Below are positions 62,801 through 64,000 of a stretch of DNA of 64,000 nt, in pieces. How positions within the stretch are numbered: the first letter of the stretch is position 1; every line of letters starts with the position of its first letter. Source of the stretch: Chlorokybus atmophyticus. Taxonomy: Eukaryota; Plantae; Mesostigma and Chlorokybus algae. The position numbers were made by a program, and so were the translations under genes. Under the pieces are notes generated by a model. That model made no database searches. It saw nothing but the letters and a program-made list of their open reading frames with translations, and was not told the DNA's origin. The stretch spans positions 1 through 64,000 of the forward strand of contig RHPI01001831.1 of assembly GCA_009103225.1 (NCBI GenBank), read 5' to 3'.

Positions 62801-63457
62801 CAGGTCGTGTTGTTGGAGCAAGTGCAGCGCCCGTCGGTACTGGCTGCTTACAAAGTATGCCTGCCAGCGATCGCAACAATTGCACTCTCATGTTAAATAA
62901 GGCGTTGGTTGCAATGCGTCTCAGTGTCTTTCTGTCACGCATGCAGGGTCAAACACTGTTACTTAGTCAGCTGCAGCACCCAATAAGAGGGGGGAGGGGG
63001 GAGGGGGGAGGTATGCTTGCAAGCTACCTAGGTAAAGTACTGCTTGTCTGTGTATTCTCATTAGCATGGTGCTAGGCAACGAATGCTGTGAGCTGGCTGT
63101 ATATGTCCACAGTCATCAATCACCACGACACAGCATGCACAGCTTTTTGTGTATGATTGATGGACGCAAGTACGTATACCACAGCTGTGCATCAATGCAC
63201 ACCTTCAAATAGACCTCATAGAATGTACGACGCTTGCTGATCCTTGTTGATTTGCTCCGCTGCGTCAACATGCAGCGCAGCTCTGCACTGCTAATGCAAC
63301 TTGGCTGAAGCAGTACCTGAGCGAGCAAATACACATCGCCGGGGTCGGAATGGGATAGTGTCGTGAGCTTGTCTGCGAAGAAGATGGCGGATGAATGCAG
63401 GTGGTGCCCTAAGCAGCTGCGAACAAGCAGGCGCAGCCGCAACAGCATCGCCTCCAT
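59874..63457 (-). CDS. CDC16: Anaphase-promoting complex subunit 6 (TPR protein), multi-exon
   Basis: LRLLVRSCL..SAIFFADKL..DVYLLAQ; PAWIGFGHAFA; ESDQAMAAYRTAARLFPGCHLPLLCIGMEY; DPLLYNELGV; WEATIVNLAHALRK; ALGYTCHLQG..AIEYYHSAL..DDTFTAEML. Confidence 0.95.
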
Positions 63458-64000
63458 TGCAGCCGCTTCTTGTTACTAGCCTCTGTTCTATACGTAGTAG
63501 GCTGAAGGAGTAGGTCAAAGTAAGATGCTTGTAAGCCCCTCTCCCCAGCTCATGTTTCCTGTTGAGGTGGCCGAAGCAGCATGCACACAGCGCGATGCCG
63601 CTTAATTAGGAGCAGCGCCAGCAAGCTTCCTTCTGCTCCACACATGCCACCCATTCAGCGCTAACGATCCCTCCAGACCGTTCAATTGTACCTACACCTC
63701 CACCTTCTGCTCCACCTCCTCTTCCACCTTCTCCGCCGCCGTGCAGCTGTGAGCGGCACCGACGTTTCGCATTTTGCAGCTGGTTGGTTCAGTGCAGGCA
63801 TGCACACTGTGCGGCAGCGCTGACCCGTGCATGCGGGCATCCGTTTCTGTGCAATGCGTTCAGGTTACGCGCAAGCAAAGTACAGCTGTTGGGCGGCGGC
63901 AGCGGCGCTGTGTGGCGCTCGTGGAGGCGAGTGGTGGGGGCTTCAACCTATTGCTCAGAACGTCAACTTCATAGTCGTGGTGGTGGGTTTCAAGGGTGGT

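Noticed and set aside
63774-64000. Start or end of another gene
   Set aside because: Too little sequence and no motif.

Overview
Eukaryotic DNA with an intron-rich, GT/CA-repeat style that suggests a green alga, probably a streptophyte. This is inferred, not proven. Roughly 1-48.5 kb is a stack of nested transposable elements. It holds a Ty3/Gypsy retrotransposon whose pol carries an in-frame C5 cytosine methyltransferase and a C-terminal PHD finger, plus an internally deleted relative of it inserted into a chromovirus. It also holds Copia fragments and solo LTRs, pogo/Fot1-type DDE transposons and a PIF/Harbinger element. Embedded in this block are an intronless bacterial-type KptA/Tpt1 gene and two paralogous fungal-like (DUF3669-type) kinase-fold genes. 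From about 48.7 kb to 64 kb there are ordinary host genes: CWF19L1, a zinc-finger acidic/basic protein, an Orai-like channel and APC6/CDC16. The most unusual observation is that the DNMT/PHD Gypsy family does not have canonical LTRs. Copy 1 ends PPT-A-(GACA GC TGTC)-B-A. Copy 2 is integrated as B-internal-PPT-A, with TG..CA ends and a 4-bp target duplication. This is a split-direct-repeat layout known from tyrosine-recombinase (PAT/TOC1/Ngaro) elements, here on a DDE-integrase element. All alignments were made by eye and no database searches were run.
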